NCBI GenBank assembly: GCA_018000455.1
Contig: JAGNJW010000001.1
Coordinates: 262,311 to 326,310 of the forward strand
Length of the DNA stretch: 64,000 nucleotides
From: Acidobacteriota bacterium
GTDB taxonomy: Bacteria; Acidobacteriota; Vicinamibacteria; Vicinamibacterales; UBA2999
Direction of reading: 5' to 3'
A program made the translations under genes and the position numbers. How positions within the stretch are numbered: position 1 is the stretch's first letter; each line of letters opens with the position of its first letter. Positions 30,012-38,933 of the stretch are shown one piece after another. The notes under the pieces were generated by a model that was not told the origin of the DNA, did no database searches, and was given only the letters and a program-made list of their open reading frames with translations.

Positions 30012-30851
30012 GTGGCGACGGCAGGATCCGCATCTGGCGTTCCTGGTGCGAATCGTGGATGCTGGGGCGTGACCTTGTCGAAAACCGACCGCGAGGCACT
30101 GGCATTGGCGAAGGCGCTGCTCGAGCACCCGGGGCTGCCCGCCAGGCTGGCCAGCCTCATCGGCATGCCGGTTGAGAAGGCCCTGGGCCTCCTGCCCGAT
30201 CGGTGGTCCGAGGCGATCGGCGTGGCCACCGAACGATCGCTCAACACGGCCCTGGACGTCGCCCTGACCACGCTCGACGCCGCCCCGCGCGGCCGCTCGC
30301 GCGAGCGCTGGCACCAGCTGGCTGTTGCCGCCACCGGCGCCGGTGGCGGCGCCCTCGGGCTGGTCGGACTTCCCGTCGAGCTCCCCGTATCGACGACAAT
30401 CATGCTGCGGTCGATCGCCGATATCGCGCGCAGCGAGGGCGAGGCGCTCGGCACTCCTGAGGCACGGATGGCCTGCCTGGAGGTCTTCGCGCTCGGCGGG
30501 CGGGCCAGCACGGACGATGCGGGCGAATCCTCGTATTTTCTAATACGGGCCGCGCTCGCCAAGGCGATTGCCGAGGCCGCTGCCTACGTGGCCCAGCGCG
30601 GCGTCGCCGAGCAGGGAGCGCCCGCGCTCGTCCGGTTGATTGCGCAGCTGGCCTCCAGATTCGGCACCACGATCTCGCAGAAGGTGGCGGCGCAGGCGCT
30701 CCCCATCGCGGGTGCGGCGGGCGGTGTCGCCGTGAACGTGCTGTTCATGACCCACTTCCAGGACATGGCACGCGGGCACTTCACGGTGCGCCGTCTCGAA
30801 CGCAGCTACTCGCCGGCGTTCATCAAAGAGATCTACGAACGGCTCGCGTGA
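30012..30851 (+). CDS. EcsC-family protein
   Basis: EcsC-like pattern: LAKALLEHPGLPARLASLIGMPVEKAL..LP, LPVELPVSTTIMLRSIADIARSEGE, IAGAAGGVAVNVLFM.HFQ. An alternative GTG start lies at 30069. Confidence 0.7.
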   Translation: MATAGSASGVPGANRGCWGVTLSKTDREALALAKALLEHPGLPARLASLIGMPVEKALGLLPDRWSEAIGVATERSLNTALDVALTTLDAAPRGRSRERWHQLAVAATGAGGGALGLVGLPVELPVSTTIMLRSIADIARSEGEALGTPEARMACLEVFALGGRASTDDAGESSYFLIRAALAKAIAEAAAYVAQRGVAEQGAPALVRLIAQLASRFGTTISQKVAAQALPIAGAAGGVAVNVLFMTHFQDMARGHFTVRRLERSYSPAFIKEIYERLA

Positions 30852-30881
30852 GCCTGCGCAGGTGCGCCCCCAGGGCCCGCG

Positions 30882-31988
30882 CTACAGGCGGCGGCCAGTG
30901 GATGCGTCGAACAAGTGCGCGTGCCCCTTTCCGATCCGCAGGCCCAAGCGGTCGCCGGTGCGCGGCGTGTGACCCGACGGCACCAGGACGCGGGTCAGCT
31001 CGCCCTCCAGTCCCAGCAGGCTCACGTGCACCGTCGCCTGCGCGCCGAGCGGCTCGACCACTTCCACGGTGGCCACGGCGTCGCCCTCACCAGGCGCCGT
31101 CACCGCGATATCGTGCGGGCGGATGCCGATGACCACGTCGCCACCATCGATCGCCGCGCTGGCGCCCGCCGCCTCTGTGACGCTCGCCTCCGACAGCTCG
31201 ATCGCCCCCGCGTGTGTCGTCACGCGCCACCGGTCAGTGGTGCGAGACAGGCGCCCGGGCCACAGGTTCATCGCCGGCGAACCCACGAACCGCGCGACGA
31301 AGGTCGTGGCCGGACGGTTGAAGGTGTCGAGCGGCGCCGCCACCTGTTCGATCGCGCCGTCGTTCATCACCGCGATCCGCGTGCCGAGCGTCATCGCCTC
31401 CTCCTGGTCGTGCGTCACGTAGACCATGGTCGCCCCGAGGCGGCGGTGCAGCAGCGCCAGCTCGGCGCGCGTCGTCACGCGCAGCAGCGGGTCCAGGTTC
31501 GAGAGTGGTTCGTCCAGCAGGAATGCCTGCGGCTCGCGGACGATGGCGCGGCCGAGCGCCACGCGCTGACGCTGGCCGCCCGAGAGCTGGGCGGGCCGGC
31601 GATCCAGCAGCGCCGCCAGGCCCAGCGAGGCTGCCGTGCTCGCGACCCTGGCGTCGACCACTCCAGGATCCGTCCCTCGCACGCGGAGGCCGAATGCCAG
31701 GTTCTCGGCGACGCTCTTGTGCGGGTAGAGCGCGTAGTTCTGGAAGACCATCGCCAGGTCGCGCTGCTGCGGCGGCACGCTCGTCACGTCGCGGTCGCCG
31801 ATGACGATCCGCCCACCCGTCGGGGCTTCGAGGCCGGCGATGAGCCGCAGCACGGTGCTCTTGCCGCTCCCGGACGGGCCCACCAGCACCAGCAGCTCGC
31901 CGTCGGCGATGTCGAGCGAGAGATCGCGAACGGCGGTGTGGCCGGTCGGAAAGACCTTGTCCACGTGGTGCAGGGCGATCGATGCCAT
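30882..31988 (-). CDS. sugar ABC transporter ATP-binding protein (MalK/UgpC type)
   Basis: Walker A GPSGSGKST, signature LSGGQRQRVALGRA, Walker B FLLDEPLSNLD, and a C-terminal TOBE-like regulatory domain. Confidence 0.9.
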   Translation of the reverse strand: MASIALHHVDKVFPTGHTAVRDLSLDIADGELLVLVGPSGSGKSTVLRLIAGLEAPTGGRIVIGDRDVTSVPPQQRDLAMVFQNYALYPHKSVAENLAFGLRVRGTDPGVVDARVASTAASLGLAALLDRRPAQLSGGQRQRVALGRAIVREPQAFLLDEPLSNLDPLLRVTTRAELALLHRRLGATMVYVTHDQEEAMTLGTRIAVMNDGAIEQVAAPLDTFNRPATTFVARFVGSPAMNLWPGRLSRTTDRWRVTTHAGAIELSEASVTEAAGASAAIDGGDVVIGIRPHDIAVTAPGEGDAVATVEVVEPLGAQATVHVSLLGLEGELTRVLVPSGHTPRTGDRLGLRIGKGHAHLFDASTGRRL

Positions 31989-31989
31989 G

Positions 31990-32808
31990 TCAGCCTTTCA
32001 CGGCTCCGGACGTGAGTCCCGCGACGATGCGCCGCTGGGCCAGCAGCACGATGATCGCCACCGGCGCCGTGGCCACGATCGCCGCGGCCAGGATCTCGCC
32101 CCACGGCACCTGGTACTGGCCCCGGAAGAGGGCGATGGCGACCGGCACGGTGTAGCGTTCGGGTCCCAGGGCGAACGACAGCGCGAAGAGGAACTCGTTC
32201 CAACTGTAGAGGAAGGTGAGGATGGCCGTGGTCGCCAGGCCCGGCGCCGAGAGCGGCAGCACCACCTCCCACAGCGTGCGCAGCCGGCCCGCGCCGTCCA
32301 TGAACGCGGCCTCTTCGAGCTGCGCCGGGAGCTGCCGGAAGAACCCGACCAGCATCCAGATGGTCAGCGGCATGGCGAAGGTCAAATAGGGCAGCACCAG
32401 CCCCGGATAGGTGTTGAGCAGCCGCAGCTCCCGCAGCACCAGGTACAACGGTGAGACGATGGAGATCTGCGGAAACATCGAGACGGCCAGCACGAAGGCG
32501 AGGGTGAACGTCTTGCCCGGGAACTGCATGCGCGCCAGGGCATAGGCGCAGCCGGCGCCCAGGGTGACCGAGAGCAGCGTCGTCAGCCCGGCGACGATGA
32601 GCGAGTTCCGTACGGGCGTCCAGAAGTCGCGGGCGTCGAAGAGCGCGCGGTAATGGTCGAGCACCAGCCTGTCGGGCACGAGCGAGGGCGCGTCGAACAG
32701 CCGGCTCTCCGGCGTGAAGGACGACACGAGCGCCCAGTACAGCGGGAACAGCACGGCGCCCACGACCAGCGTCGTCACGACCGCCCAGCGCCAGGAGGGC
32801 CGGGTCAT
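31990..32808 (-). CDS. carbohydrate ABC transporter permease (MalG-like)
   Basis: Six-TM BPD_transp_1 permease with an EAA-type loop (EEAAFMDGAGRLRTLWEVVLP). ATG at 32808 overlaps the upstream stop. Confidence 0.9.
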   Translation of the reverse strand: MTRPSWRWAVVTTLVVGAVLFPLYWALVSSFTPESRLFDAPSLVPDRLVLDHYRALFDARDFWTPVRNSLIVAGLTTLLSVTLGAGCAYALARMQFPGKTFTLAFVLAVSMFPQISIVSPLYLVLRELRLLNTYPGLVLPYLTFAMPLTIWMLVGFFRQLPAQLEEAAFMDGAGRLRTLWEVVLPLSAPGLATTAILTFLYSWNEFLFALSFALGPERYTVPVAIALFRGQYQVPWGEILAAAIVATAPVAIIVLLAQRRIVAGLTSGAVKG

Positions 32809-33704
32809 GCCGACCGCTCCAGGAACGCACCGCTGCCGAACAGGCGGATAGCGCCCAGCGCGAACAGGAACGCGACGGCGAAGACGAGGATCGAGAGCGC
32901 CGAGCCGAGGCCGAACTGCAGGTTCTGGAGCAGGGTCGTGAAGGTGTAGAGGGCAATCGGCTCGGTGGCGCTGCCCGGCCCGCCGCCGGTCATGACGTAG
33001 ACGAGATCGAAGACGCGGAAGGCATCCAGCGAGCGGAAGAGCGCGGCCACGAGGAGGGCCGGCCGCAAGAGCGGCAGCGTGATGTCGACGAACTGACGCC
33101 ACGCGCCGGCGCCATCCACCGCGGCGGCTTCGTAGAGGGCGCGGTCGATGTTCTGGAGGCCGGCCAGCAGCAGGATGGCCACAAACGGCGTCGTCTTCCA
33201 CGCATCGGCCAGGATGAGCGGCACCCAGGCGGCAAGCGCGTCGGCAAACCAGGTTGGCGCGCCGATGCCCAAACCGCCAAGCAGCGCCGTGGCCAGCCCC
33301 GCCGGGCTCTCGAAGATGAAGCGCCACACGAGCGCGGCGACCACCGTGGGAATGGCCCACGGCAGCAGCACCGCCGTGCGCACGAGGCCGCGCGCCCTGG
33401 TCACGCGGTCGAGCGCCATGGCCAGCAGGAGGCCGGCCGAGAGCTCCAGGGTGAGCGTGGCGGCGACGAAGACGCCGGTGTGGCCGAGCGCACTCCAGAC
33501 CCGCGGCGTGCCCAGTACCTCGCGGTAGTTGGCCGCACCCACGAAGGGCCGGCCGAGCCATGGCATCCGGAGATCGTGCAGGTGCAGCGACTCCCAGAAC
33601 GTCCAGAGAATGGGGAAGAGCGCGACGAGCGCGATGACCGCCAGCGCCGGCGTGGCCAGGGTCCAGGCCAGGCGCCGCTCGCTCGCACTTCGAGGCGCGA
33701 TCAC
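32805..33704 (-). CDS. carbohydrate ABC transporter permease (MalF-like)
   Basis: EAA loop YEAAAVDGAGAWRQFVDITLP. GTG 33704 overlaps the stop of the binding-protein gene (GTGA). Confidence 0.85.
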   Translation of the reverse strand: MIAPRSASERRLAWTLATPALAVIALVALFPILWTFWESLHLHDLRMPWLGRPFVGAANYREVLGTPRVWSALGHTGVFVAATLTLELSAGLLLAMALDRVTRARGLVRTAVLLPWAIPTVVAALVWRFIFESPAGLATALLGGLGIGAPTWFADALAAWVPLILADAWKTTPFVAILLLAGLQNIDRALYEAAAVDGAGAWRQFVDITLPLLRPALLVAALFRSLDAFRVFDLVYVMTGGGPGSATEPIALYTFTTLLQNLQFGLGSALSILVFAVAFLFALGAIRLFGSGAFLERSA

Positions 33705-34975
33705 GGCCGCCCCAGCTTCAGCCGTGCCAGCAGGGCGCGCATGCCGCCCGCGGCGTCCTGAAGGGCCGCCCGCGGCTCCTGCTGCCGGGTCAGCGCCCGG
33801 TGCAACGACACCTGCAGGAGGTTCGAGAGCTGGCTGTAGACCGGCGACACCGGCCGTGGCACCGCGGCCTCGATGATGCGCCGCGCCTCGGCCGGCGGCA
33901 TCGCCAGGGCACGGGCGAGCTCGGGCGTGTCGTAGAGAGCGGGTCGCGGCGGAAACTGCCCGGCGAGTGCCGCACGCTCGATCATCTGTTCCGGCGCCAG
34001 CAGGAACGCGACCAGCGCATACGCCTCGTCCGGCTGATCGCTGTAGGCGTTGATGGCGAGCGTCGACCCACCGAGCGCCGCCGTGGGCGCGCCGCCCGGC
34101 TGCGCGGGCAGGGGCGCCACGGCGAATTTCCCCGCCACGGTCGATTCGGCGGTGTCGTCCAGCAGCGCGTAGGCGTACGGCCAGTTCCGCATGAACAGCG
34201 CCTGGCCGTTCTGGAACGCGAAGCGGGTCTGCTCCTCCTGCCACGTCAGCACGGCCGGCGGCACGACCCCGTCCTCGTAGATGGCGTCGCGCATGAAGGT
34301 GAGCGCCCCGACGGCCGCCTCCGAATCCACGACCACCTGACCGGCGTCGTCGAGGATGGCGCCGCCAAACGCCCCCAGGTGCTCCACGAACACGGTCACG
34401 AGGCCCTCGTAGCGCGCGCCCTGCCAGAGGAAGCCGAAGGTGGTCTGGCGCGCGGCCTGTGCGACCTTCGACATCCGCACGAGATCGGCAAGCGTCTCCG
34501 GCGGTCCAGGCAGCAGATCCGTGCGCCAGTAGAGCATGCCCACGTCCACGAACCAGGGCAGCGCGTAGAGCGCCCCATCCCAGCGACTGGCGGCCATCGC
34601 CGGCGCGAAGAACTCCGCCACGGGCGGCTGAAACCCGTCGAGCGGTGCGATCCACCCGGCGGCGGCGAACTCCGGCGTCCACACCACGTCCAGCTGCAGC
34701 ACGTCCGGCTCGCTCACCCGCGCGTTGAGCCATTGCACGTAGAGCCGATGGCGCTGGTCGGCGGCATCGGGCGTGGGGCGAAGGGCCACCGCGATTCCGG
34801 GGTGGGTCTGGCGAAACCGCTCGAGCTGACGACGGATGACGTCGCCTTCTTTGCCCACCAGGCTCCCGGAGAGGGTGAGCACGCGCCCGGGCTCCCCCGT
34901 GCAGCCGGCGGCCAGCGTCGCCACGGCCGTGGCGCAGAGAGACAGGACGGCGATGCGCGGGAACGCGAGCAGCAT
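33701..34975 (-). CDS. ABC transporter extracellular solute-binding lipoprotein (family 1)
   Basis: Lipobox-like LAAGCTG after a hydrophobic leader. SBP_bac_1-like length and motifs (FMRNWPYAY, AINAYS). Confidence 0.85.
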   Translation of the reverse strand: MLLAFPRIAVLSLCATAVATLAAGCTGEPGRVLTLSGSLVGKEGDVIRRQLERFRQTHPGIAVALRPTPDAADQRHRLYVQWLNARVSEPDVLQLDVVWTPEFAAAGWIAPLDGFQPPVAEFFAPAMAASRWDGALYALPWFVDVGMLYWRTDLLPGPPETLADLVRMSKVAQAARQTTFGFLWQGARYEGLVTVFVEHLGAFGGAILDDAGQVVVDSEAAVGALTFMRDAIYEDGVVPPAVLTWQEEQTRFAFQNGQALFMRNWPYAYALLDDTAESTVAGKFAVAPLPAQPGGAPTAALGGSTLAINAYSDQPDEAYALVAFLLAPEQMIERAALAGQFPPRPALYDTPELARALAMPPAEARRIIEAAVPRPVSPVYSQLSNLLQVSLHRALTRQQEPRAALQDAAGGMRALLARLKLGRP

Positions 34976-35014
34976 CGTTGGCCTACTGTATCGCCTGCGG
35001 CCGACGGCCCGGCG

Positions 35015-36079
35015 TCAGCGTTGGGACCCGCGCTGCTGCTGGGCGCGCGCGAGCCGCTCGAGTATCGGCTCGGTCGCTTCGAGCGACAAACAGCCGTCGG
35101 TGATGCTCTGGCCATGGCGCACGGGCAGTCCAGCCGCGAAGTCCTGCCGCCCCTCGACGAGATGGCTCTCGATCATCGCGCCGAAGACCTGCCACGACCC
35201 GGCCGCCACCTGTCGGGCAATCGACTCGGCGACCTCGGGCTGGCGCCGGAAGTCCTTCAGGCTGTTGCCGTGCGAACAGTCGATCATCAACGCCGGCGTG
35301 CGGCCCTGCTGCGCCAGCCGCGCGCAGACCTCGCGCACGCGGTCGGCGTCGTAGTTCGGCCCGGTCTGGGAGCCGCCGCGCAGGATCACGTGGCAGCTGT
35401 CGTTGCCGGTGGTCTGGAAGATCGCCGAGACGCCCTGCTTGGTGACGCCGGGGAACCAGTGCTCGGAGGCGGCGACACAGACCGCATCGATAGCCGGCTG
35501 CACGTTGCCGTCGGTGCTGTTCTTGAAGCCCACCGGCATCGACAAGCCTGACGCCAGCTCGCGATGCACCTGGCTTTCGGTCGTCCGCGCGCCGATGGCC
35601 GCCCACGATGTGAGGTCGTCGATGTACTGCGGGATCTGCGTGTCGAGAAACTCCGATGCCGTGGGCAGGCCCAGGGTGTTGACGTCGAGCAGCAGCCGGC
35701 GCGCCAGGCGCAGGCCCTTGTTCACGTGAAAGCTGCCATCGAGATCCGGATCGTTGATGAGTCCCTTCCAGCCCACCGTCGTGCGCGGCTTCTCGAAATA
35801 ACAGCGCAGCACCATGAGGAGCTCGCTCCGATAGCGATCCGCGAGGGTCTTGAGCCTGGCCGCGTACTCCAGCGCGGCGCCGGGGTCATGAATCGAGCAC
35901 GGTCCGACGACCACGACCAGGCGGGGATCGTGCCCCTGCACCACCCGCGTGATCGCCTGGCGTGTGTCGGCCACGACATCCGCGGCCGCGTCGCTCAGTG
36001 GGACCTCCTCGATGAGGATGGCGGGCGCAATCAGCGGCCTCACGCCGGTGATGCGGAGATCTTGCGTCGGTCGGCTCAT
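35015..36079 (-). CDS. aroG: 3-deoxy-7-phosphoheptulonate (DAHP) synthase, class I
   Basis: GPCSIHD, KPRTTVGWKGLINDP, IGARTTESQVHRELASGLS and DCSHGNS motifs. The ORF-track extension to 36370 is Arg/Ala-rich and not supported. Confidence 0.9.
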   Translation of the reverse strand: MSRPTQDLRITGVRPLIAPAILIEEVPLSDAAADVVADTRQAITRVVQGHDPRLVVVVGPCSIHDPGAALEYAARLKTLADRYRSELLMVLRCYFEKPRTTVGWKGLINDPDLDGSFHVNKGLRLARRLLLDVNTLGLPTASEFLDTQIPQYIDDLTSWAAIGARTTESQVHRELASGLSMPVGFKNSTDGNVQPAIDAVCVAASEHWFPGVTKQGVSAIFQTTGNDSCHVILRGGSQTGPNYDADRVREVCARLAQQGRTPALMIDCSHGNSLKDFRRQPEVAESIARQVAAGSWQVFGAMIESHLVEGRQDFAAGLPVRHGQSITDGCLSLEATEPILERLARAQQQRGSQR

Positions 36080-36578
36080 GGCAGACCAGCCTAACGCATC
36101 CGGCACCGGCGCCGAAGCGCGAGCGGCGCCGACAGGCTCCAGTCGCCGTGACGGGCCGCCGCGTGCCCGCCGAGCGCGGGCGTTCGAGGAACTTGAGGAA
36201 GTCGCTGCCGGTGTCGGGAAGAGCAGCGTGGCGGGGGCCGCGACTTTCTCGTCGGCCTCGGCCTCGGCATTGCCTCGCGGCGTCTCGCTTCCTTGAAGGG
36301 GCGACGGGCGGCTTGACGCGAGGCTGGCAGTCCGTGCGCTCAAATCGCCATTAGGAGGATGTCGATGCAAACATCCGCCTCCTGCCGCGATGCTTCGGAC
36401 GCCTCCGGAGATCGCGGCCCGGCCGCTGGCCGGATGTCCGGTGTGCGACTTGGCCGCGCAGGGCGGTGTCGACTCTCAGTCCGCCTGCCAGGGGGTGTCC
36501 CCGCCTCCGCCTCCTTTGCGTATGATCCGGTACGGACACGGATCCGCGTATCGGCTACACCACGTGCTGGAGGCTGTC

Positions 36579-38408
36579 ATGATGACCGTTCCCCGAATCA
36601 CCCTGGTTCTGGTCCTGCTGATTGGCGTCATCGGAGGCGAGCCGGTGATCGACCGGACCGTGATCGCGGCCGGATTTGGCGACTCACGCTTCGTGACGGC
36701 AAGCCACGCCGCGCGGGCGTGGTCGCCCGACCAGTTGATCACGGCCTCCGCCAACAGGGCGCTGATCGAGTTCGCGACCCTCTCCCCGAGCCAGCAGCGA
36801 TGGTTTGCGTCCGTAGCGATTCAGATTGGCAAGCTGCGGCGAGCAGCACTGGCGCGCCTGATTCAGCGCGATCCGAAGGAGGCGCTGCGGCTGTCGCTGA
36901 CCTCTGGGCAACGGCAGGGCCTGCCCAAGTACATCCACAACCTTTTGGAAGCTCGACTCCATACCGTCGGGGACCTGACGCAGTCCATCGGCGAGTTCGC
37001 GTCGGCGGGCTCTCCCAACGACCCGCAGGTCGCCCAACCGCCAGCGCCGGTTACATCGTGGAGGGTGCGGATCGGTCAAACCACCCGGCGGGCCTTCGTG
37101 TACGGCTTGCGGCTGCGCCACCAGACCAAGGTCGACACACCCGTCCACGGCATCGCGCTCGACGACCTGATGGCCATCGACGAGAGCCCTCTCTACCTCT
37201 ACGACGAATTCGAGACCATCCAGCTGGGGTTCCAGCCCGGCCAGATCGTGGCGACCGACGGGCACCTGCCGATTCCGCTGCCCGACTTCCCGTCCTACGC
37301 CAAACTTCGTCAGCAGCTCATTGATCAGCTCCTGCTGTTCGGGCCGCGGCCCCTGCCTTTCAACCTGTACGCGTGGACAACAGGTGTCAAGCGCGTGCTC
37401 ATCGTCAAGGCGGACTACCGCGACCGGACCGGTCAGGTCGCCAACGATACGGAAATACTGAACGCCCTGGAGACGACAAGCGCATTCTACGAGGCGAACT
37501 CGCAAGGCCGCACGTCACTGGTCCCAATGCTCCTGCCAGCGGTCCTGCGCATGCCCTTGCCGTTGACGACTTACGACCGGCAAGGCACCGGATCCGGTTC
37601 GGATGCGATCATTCATGACGCGACGGAGCTGGCTCGGCGCTTCGACATGGATGCCGGCGACACCGGCATGTACGATCCCGATGCCTACGATTTCGTGATC
37701 GTCACGACGCCCCTGGTGTTCGCTGAGAGCAGTTTTGCCGCGGCCGACCTCGGTGGTCGCGTGGTCGTGGCCACCGGTCCCGGCACGTTAGACCTTCCGA
37801 CCCTGGCGCACGAACTGGGGCACGCCTTCGGATTCATCCACTCGGCCTTCTGGTCCGTGCCGTACGGCGCTGACCCCGTCGGGCCGGGGACGCGACACGA
37901 GTATGGCGATGTCTGGGACATGATGGGCATCAACGCGGAGCTCGACATGGTCAATGTCGATCCCAGCCGGCGTCACTTCAACGCGTTCTTCAAGACCCGC
38001 GCCGGCTGGCTTCCGGCGTCGGCGGTGGCCAACGGCACGGCGGGCGGCAGCTTCCGCCTGTACCGTCACGACGCGACCGACGCCAGGGGCCTGCGTGCCA
38101 TCTGGATCGATAGCGGCTCCGGGACGACCTACTGGCTCGGGATCCGGCGGCAGTTCCCCTGGAACCCCTCTATGGCGAACGGCATCGAGGTGCGACGGGT
38201 CGTGAGCACTCCGGACACGGCTTACGGGCTGGTGGAGTTGCTCGACATGGACCATCTGACGCTCGGCGTTGGCGGCTCGATCGGCCATTCGCTCGTCCGT
38301 CTCCGCACCTTCGACGATGCGCCGAACGGCATCCACATTCAGGTAGGGGGTGTGTGGTTCGACGAGATTGGGGAATATGCCGACGTCGTCATTACGCGCA
38401 CGCCATGA
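36579..38408 (+). CDS. secreted zinc metalloprotease, gametolysin (M11)-like
   Basis: GGAGG 5 nt before ATG 36579. Signal/TM MMTVPRITLVLVLLIGV. HELGHAFGFIHS (HExxHxxGxxH) followed by YGDVWDMMG. Confidence 0.75.
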   Translation: MMTVPRITLVLVLLIGVIGGEPVIDRTVIAAGFGDSRFVTASHAARAWSPDQLITASANRALIEFATLSPSQQRWFASVAIQIGKLRRAALARLIQRDPKEALRLSLTSGQRQGLPKYIHNLLEARLHTVGDLTQSIGEFASAGSPNDPQVAQPPAPVTSWRVRIGQTTRRAFVYGLRLRHQTKVDTPVHGIALDDLMAIDESPLYLYDEFETIQLGFQPGQIVATDGHLPIPLPDFPSYAKLRQQLIDQLLLFGPRPLPFNLYAWTTGVKRVLIVKADYRDRTGQVANDTEILNALETTSAFYEANSQGRTSLVPMLLPAVLRMPLPLTTYDRQGTGSGSDAIIHDATELARRFDMDAGDTGMYDPDAYDFVIVTTPLVFAESSFAAADLGGRVVVATGPGTLDLPTLAHELGHAFGFIHSAFWSVPYGADPVGPGTRHEYGDVWDMMGINAELDMVNVDPSRRHFNAFFKTRAGWLPASAVANGTAGGSFRLYRHDATDARGLRAIWIDSGSGTTYWLGIRRQFPWNPSMANGIEVRRVVSTPDTAYGLVELLDMDHLTLGVGGSIGHSLVRLRTFDDAPNGIHIQVGGVWFDEIGEYADVVITRTP

Positions 38409-38599
38409 CCGTCGCGCGGGGCCGTTCGTCGGAGTCTCGGGGCGACGCTGGTCGCTCTTGCGAGCGGGAAGGTGTCCCTGGTGAGCTCGAGATGGAGACT
38501 GGCGCCCCACGGGCGTTCTGCCACGGGCCCGCCGCGGCGTACCGCTGGTTCGGCGGCAGGGCACACGGGCGGGGCAACAAACGGAGACCAGGGTGCACC

Positions 38600-38809
38600 G
38601 CCGCCACACCAAGGCGCAAACGAATGTCCCCAGCCCCAATGATGGCCGACCTCGTGATGGTAACTGGCGTTAGCGATCAGGTCCATATAGGCCTGATCGA
38701 CAGGGCCACTGCGCGCGAGGAGGTTTCCCATGTAGATATAGCGAGAGCTGCTGTTCGCGAATCCACCCTCACTCTTCCCTGGGTCGATGTCTCCTGCGGC
38801 GTTCGCCAA
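38600..38809 (-). pseudogene. metalloprotease active-site fragment (HEVGHHWGWGHS), probable remnant
   Basis: The first ~65 codons of ORF 38339..38809 read ...YMDLIANASYHHEVGHHWGWGHSF. The architecture around the zinc site parallels the neighbouring M11-like gene. No N-terminal domain is present, and the remainder is low complexity (PWCGGGAPWSPFVAPPVCPAA). Confidence 0.45.
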
Positions 38810-38933
38810 GCCGGGGTCGGGAAATCGGCCAGCCGGAGCAGCAGCGCCAGCACCGTCTCGCGATCGGCCACGACCGGCCGGCGCCCCGTCGCCGGCCCCG
38901 TCGCGGCGTCACCATCCTGGCGCCCTGAGCGCG

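Noticed and set aside
36353-36392. Imperfect hairpin AGGAGGATGT...ACATCCGCCTCCT in the aroG / M11-protease divergent region, possibly sequestering an SD.
   Set aside because: The associated ORF (36359..37324) is Arg/Pro-rich and not credible. The real protease start (36579) has its own SD, and no known regulatory RNA motif was recognised.
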